64,000 nt of DNA, taken from Eukaryota sp. GEM-RC1. Lineage: Eukaryota. Within the stretch, counting starts at the first letter, position 1. The number at the start of each line of letters is the position of its first letter. The notes under the pieces were generated by a model. The model worked only from the letters and a program-made list of their open reading frames with translations. It searched no databases and was not told the DNA's origin. Location: NCBI GenBank assembly GCA_040285855.1, contig JAUFOQ010000002.1:2294001-2358000 (forward strand). The letters run 5' to 3'. Below, one piece after another: positions 58,774 to 64,000 of this stretch. Position numbers and translations under genes: made by a program.

Positions 58774-61221
58774 TAGTGTTGCACGAGACGTGTAATTTAC
58801 TGGCCGAGACGCGTCTCGGAGACGTGCGTCTCCTGAGACGTTTCCGAGACGTGTTTTTTGGTGTTTACATCTTTTTACTTTCCACACAACATCTCCCTCC
58901 TCTTTTCTCCCATTTATATGACTGCACCAGGCATCAACTTAAGAGATTTTGTAACAGTTATTGTTGACGTTGAATCTGATGAAGCAGCAACTCGTCCTAC
59001 GTCTCCAAGTGGTCGTCTCAAAGATCCACAGGTCCGTTGTAACTCATGCCATCATATCTTTTCTGAATCCACTTCGCGGTTGAAAGCTCACTTCCATATT
59101 TCTGGAAGTGGAGTCAAATTATGCACAGCACTGCCTCCTGAACTTTCCGAAAGACAACGTTTAGCTTTATCGCAATCAACCCCACCAAAGAAAAAAGACC
59201 GCCAAACAAGCCTTTTTGAAAATTGGGACTCTCAAAGCAAAAAGTTCCTAGACCTGGTGATAGCCAATTTCTTCTATCGTCATGGCATTTCCTTTAATGT
59301 GGCTCGGTCTCCCGAGTTTGTCGATATGGTAAGCGCTTTGGTCTCATACAACTCTAAAATATCGTATACTCCTCCTTCTTACAATTCTCTTCGCACCTCA
59401 CTCTTGTCTGAGGTGAAGAATGTTATCAACTCTCGATTATCTACTTTTTTTCGAAATATAAGAACCACTGGATGTACAGTAGTTCTTGACTGCTGGAAAG
59501 ATGTCAGAGGGCGATCCCTAGTTAATTTCTTGTTCGTTTCCCCTGATGGAGCCGTTTTCGAGAAGGCTGTTAATTTACATGGCAAATCTAAAACTGCCCT
59601 TCTAATAGAACAGGAACTTTCGAAGGTGATCCGAGACCGAGGTTCCGACAACTTCACTCAAATAGTCAGTGATAGGGGTTCAGAAATGAATGGATGTCAA
59701 CGCGTCATATCTAAGTTCCAGGCGATCACTTGGACTCCCTGTTACTCGCATACGCTTGACCTTTTCTTGGAAGATTTGGATGATTTGGATATTATCGCTG
59801 ACGTCAATGAAATTACAGGAAAAATTGTCAGTTTCATTAAAAACCAAGAACAAGTTAATGCAATTTTTTTACGGTTATCTGATGGCTGTGAACTACTTAA
59901 ACCCACAATGACCCGGTTCGCCACCAATTTTATTCAACTTGGAAGGTTGCTGAAAGTGAAACAGGCTGTCAGGATGTTGTTGATCAATGGTGATTATGAG
60001 CGTTGGAAAAATCGTCAAAAGACTCGCAAAAAGAAAGACCATATTGCATTGTTCGAAAGTTTTATCACTGATGGTCGCTTTTGGGACCAAGCAAAAGAAA
60101 TACACGATTTTTGTTTGCCTTTTGTTGAACTTCTAAACGAAGTTAATTCGGACACCCCTGTAATGGGTTCTATGTTTCGTCGTTTTACAGAGACATACAA
60201 GAAGATTTTCTCCACTGAGCTGCAATTTCTTGAACAATATAGAATAACCATAGCGGAATTATTTCTCGATCGGTGGAACATTGTCAAGAACCATCTGCAT
60301 TTCTCTGCCCATTTACTGGACCCCAAAAATCAAGACTTCGATCCACTAAATGAAGATATGCAATCGCTGAGAAATTCTGTCGTTACAACATTAAAGAAGC
60401 TTTTATCTCCCGAAGACGCAAAGGCTGCTTTCAAGCAATTATGCCATTATCGAACAAAGAAAGGAAGTTTTGCTGATCCGCTAGTCTGGGAAGCTGCTGT
60501 AACAATGGAGGGAAATGAATGGTGGGATGTGTTTGGCGGTGATACACCTCAGTTAACCAAAGTTGCTATCAAGGTCTTAAGCTGTGTAGTTACAGCAGCT
60601 GCAAGTGAGAGATGTTGGAGTGTTTACTCCTATATTATCAACCGGAGAAGGAATCGAATGACACCAGAGAGACAAAATGATCTTGTATATGTCTTCATGA
60701 ATCTTCAACTGCTGAAGAAACAAAGATCCTTTGCCGTGAACTACTATACGGAAGATTATCCCCAACTTAGTAACTTGCTGTCTAATATTGTGGAGGAGGA
60801 GGATCAAGAATGTCTTATGAGAGAAGCTATAGACGAGATAGTGGAAGAAATGGAAGAAGAAGACATTGTTGTTATTGAAGACCAAGACAATGACCTAGCC
60901 GTTAGTGAAAACGGAAGTGGTGGTGAACAAATGGTATTTGACCCTCTTCTTGAAGGTCTTGAAATGCAATTCTAAATTTATTTGTCTGTAATGCATCCAA
61001 AGGTGCTCATCCACCGTTTTGTTAGTTTTTAATTCAGTTTTTGATGAGTTTCTGAATAAATCTATTTGTTTTAACTTGTACTGATGTCATTATTACGTTT
61101 GTTAAAACAGGTATCAATGTTAGAAGACAGAGACGGGGAGACGTCTCTGAGACGTAATGTTGTAGAGACGGGAGACGGAGACGCGGACGTCTCGGGAGAC
61201 AAGAGACGTCTCGTGCAACAC
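58774..61221 (+). mobile_element. Autonomous-looking hAT DNA transposon
   Basis: 15-bp TIR gtgttgcacgagacg (58776-58790) / cgtctcgtgcaacac (61207-61221); many gagacg subterminal repeats at both ends. Confidence 0.92.
58918..60975 (+). CDS. hAT transposase (BED finger, DUF659-type DDE core, dimerisation domain)
   Basis: CNSC..H BED finger, LDCWKD, VSDRGS, CYSH, TRF, WWDVFG...AASERCWS; uninterrupted ORF. Confidence 0.95.
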   Translation: MTAPGINLRDFVTVIVDVESDEAATRPTSPSGRLKDPQVRCNSCHHIFSESTSRLKAHFHISGSGVKLCTALPPELSERQRLALSQSTPPKKKDRQTSLFENWDSQSKKFLDLVIANFFYRHGISFNVARSPEFVDMVSALVSYNSKISYTPPSYNSLRTSLLSEVKNVINSRLSTFFRNIRTTGCTVVLDCWKDVRGRSLVNFLFVSPDGAVFEKAVNLHGKSKTALLIEQELSKVIRDRGSDNFTQIVSDRGSEMNGCQRVISKFQAITWTPCYSHTLDLFLEDLDDLDIIADVNEITGKIVSFIKNQEQVNAIFLRLSDGCELLKPTMTRFATNFIQLGRLLKVKQAVRMLLINGDYERWKNRQKTRKKKDHIALFESFITDGRFWDQAKEIHDFCLPFVELLNEVNSDTPVMGSMFRRFTETYKKIFSTELQFLEQYRITIAELFLDRWNIVKNHLHFSAHLLDPKNQDFDPLNEDMQSLRNSVVTTLKKLLSPEDAKAAFKQLCHYRTKKGSFADPLVWEAAVTMEGNEWWDVFGGDTPQLTKVAIKVLSCVVTAAASERCWSVYSYIINRRRNRMTPERQNDLVYVFMNLQLLKKQRSFAVNYYTEDYPQLSNLLSNIVEEEDQECLMREAIDEIVEEMEEEDIVVIEDQDNDLAVSENGSGGEQMVFDPLLEGLEMQF

Positions 61222-62850
61222 ATAATATGACTTCTATAACAAAAAAGAATGGCAAGCTTTGACTGTTTATCTCTTTCTTCCAACACTTATATATCCCAAA
61301 TTTATCACCATCACTAAACAATCTTCACAAGAACTGCCCGCAACAACACAGGTCTTCAATTGTTGTCAGATTGGCTTGCTGCCACCTCTCCCTTAATAAT
61401 CCTTCTTCCGCACAACATGTACTGGATCCGTTACTTCGGTGATTTGTTGTGAATACCAGATCCATAGGACTTCATCCCATCAGTTCTCTGGTCTTTGATC
61501 ATGACGAATTCCTCGACGGACAAGAGGACGTACTGATCCATGAAGAAGAAGAGGAGCTCCTTGACAGTGTTCTAAAGTTGTCCCTTGTTGATGGTCTTGA
61601 AATGGAAGACCTTCTTATGAACATCTCCCCCTGATGATGTCTGTAACTGCTGGTTTTGAAGTTGTAGCCTTTCCCCGTTCCTATATTGGTGCTTTCAGGT
61701 CCGTCCTTGACCTTTCTCGCTCTTATATCGCCCTCTCCGTTAACACTAGTTCTCTCCTTCTCTCATCCATCCATTTAGCAGATATGTGAGAGATTATTGG
61801 TATTTGCTGATGATTGAGTGTTTAGCAATATTTTTCCTCAATCCCACCACTTAAATTTGGACGAAGATTACCCGTAGTGGTACATCCGTGCCATCTTCAA
61901 TTCATCACAATAGTCATAGTTTGTTGGTTTATTTATCATAAAAAGCTAGTTACCAAACCAGTAGTATCTCCCTCTACTCGTCAATAATATTTGATTGTTT
62001 TGATTGATTGGCGAGTGAAGAAAGATTTTATATAAAATAACTTGGTCACTTCTCGGTTGTTTCAATGTTAGTTATTGAACAACTTATGTTTATTTCTAAA
62101 AAAAAAATTAAGATTATATTCAAGCAATATCTTCAAAAATAACTGGAATGACTCGACAAACACATGATATACATCATAGAGGCTCTGGAAATACTCTAGA
62201 GAAACACTGGACTCAAAATCTCGTTTAATTCTCTTGTTTAATTAATTCTGTCAAGAGATTCCTGTGGAGTCACATCAAGGAATATAATGCTGTTTCTCTT
62301 TCTCATAAAATTAGCCATGTTGTTAAACAAGCGGAGATAGGTTTCGCAGCCATGTTATTCCAAGAGTCCTGAGTCTGAGAGCATTTTGGCAAAGACGGAG
62401 TCCTTATAGATTGTTCAGTCTCTAATGGAACCACTGATGGAGCCGAAAGATGCCGAACTGAACGCCAGAAGTGGTCATGGCGAATAAAAATCTGTTGAAT
62501 CATGTTTCTCGCCTTCTTTCGCAAAACTATGAAAAGAAGAATCAGAGATTCACGAAAAGTTCAGACGTGAAAGTAAGATAAGAACTTCACCGGATCAGAT
62601 ACGCCTTTATTGAGATGAACAGCAGAGTATGTTCTACGAAAAGGATTGAGACCGTCAGGTTCTAGATGAATGTTCCGTGTATGATATAGACATAACAGCA
62701 AAACCATAAGAGAGGATGAAAAACTGAAAAACAGAACGGGGAAAATAAATGTTGGGGAAAAGATAAATGGGAGGTTCTTGTACTAGTACTACTAGTAGTA
62801 GTTTAATCCAAAACGAAATCCCCAGTAGATTCTTCCCCTTACATATTATT

Positions 62851-64000
62851 ATGACCAATCCCAAAAAAGGCTCCAAGCTGAACAAACCTAAGCGAGAACC
62901 AAGGGAACTAACGGAACATGATCCTTCGTCAATGGATTCTCTCCTTGACGAAGTACGTACTACTGTTGAGTCTTACTTCGAACCTCACAAACTTCGTAAT
63001 GATACATGGCTCCAAAGTCATATGGATGATGAAGGATACGTTCCACTCATCCTTCTTGCTTCCTTTGAAAAGGTCAAGTCTCTCCCTGTTGACACCCCAT
63101 TCATAGAGAAAGCGCTACAGGATTCCGAGCTTCTGATGCTCTCGTACAAAGGAGATTCTGGAAATCCCTTTGTTCGCCTACGTAATCCTCTTCCCGCGGA
63201 TAACGATGAATCCGAACTCTGCGAAATCACTAAAATGTCCGTAGACAGCTCCCTCAACGACATCCGAAGACCTTCACTCTATGAAATCTCAAGACACTCC
63301 CCAAGATTCGACAACGATCTTGTCGCCACCTCCCTACCATCATATGCCCACTTTGACACATCCTACGAAGCTCCTGAATCTTGGAAGCAAGTTACCTCCC
63401 GTCGAGCCTCCGTCCTCTCCGTCAATCCTGAAGATGACGATGATGACCAATTCGACATGGATGATCTCAAAGACCAACTACCAACCATCCAGGAAAAGAT
63501 GATGGCTCCCCCAGTCACTCGTCCCCGTGCTTACTCCGAAGCAGATACCATTAAACAGTCTCTGTACTCCATGGATGCTCTTGACGACGTGGATATCGAC
63601 GACTACTACAATGACCCTAAACTTCAACGTTTGGTTGTTGTTACTCCCAAGAAAAAAGAAGGACAAGGCCGGGCCTTCACGCAGAAGTCACAAGGTTGCT
63701 GATCCTCACTCACGAGGAGCTGCCAAGAAGGATATGATTGACGACATTGAAAGTCAGTTGTACTATTTCTATGACTCTGGTACTGGAAGACCTGAAGTTC
63801 CTCAAAAGCTTGAGATTAAGCCAATGGAAGTGAAGAAACCAGTGGTTGATGAGGTTGCTGACCTACCTGAAGATTGGATTCAGACCAAGGCTAAACCTAT
63901 CAAAGCTTCTAGTCAGGAACGTAGAGATTCTGTCTCTTCTGTTAAGTCTAGCTCGCATGTTTCTCATCAACTCCTAGAACCAGGTGGTTTTGAACAGCAA
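62851..64000 (+). CDS. LARP1: La-related protein, LARP1-like (3'-partial)
   Basis: La motif VESYFEPHKLRNDTWL..MDDEGYVPL..LASF, then LVVVT; SH.LL...GF.Q at the window end marks the start of DM15. Indel near 63690. Confidence 0.8.

Noticed and set aside
56469..61221. Fanzor B and the hAT transposase as one composite element
   Set aside because: The hAT TIRs and subterminal repeats enclose only the transposase; Fanzor B lies outside them.
1660..63700. Widespread programmed ribosomal frameshifting
   Set aside because: The shifts go in both directions, sit mostly in homopolymer runs and share no slippery-plus-stop motif. This is typical of long-read indel errors or decay.

Overview
Gene-dense, AT-rich genome of a eukaryotic microbe, probably a protist, with very short (28-34 nt) GT-AG introns. 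Housekeeping genes include EEF2, DDI1, NSA2, NOP53, La, RRP1, PCH2, CSTF1, an RBR E3 ligase, LARP1, a Rab7-like GTPase, an MFS transporter and a divergent dynein heavy chain. They are interspersed with many mobile elements: five different non-autonomous hAT elements with 8-bp TSDs, an apparently intact hAT transposon, a TA-flanked pogo/Tc1-like element, decayed RLE-type non-LTR retrotransposons and two Fanzor (eukaryotic TnpB-derived RNA-guided nuclease) loci. The most striking feature is at about 38.4-43.9 kb on the minus strand. One reading frame of about 1,740 codons can be reconstructed there, and it carries, in order: a structured triple RNA repeat, a 2A ribosome-skip motif (DIESNPGP), two ULP1/SENP-type cysteine protease domains, a B-family DNA polymerase-type 3'-5' exonuclease and a Fanzor RuvC nuclease. 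A hairpin-rich candidate omegaRNA follows it. Many frameshifts lie in homopolymers, including in host genes, so some are probably assembly errors. All domain calls come from motif recognition by eye, not database searches.
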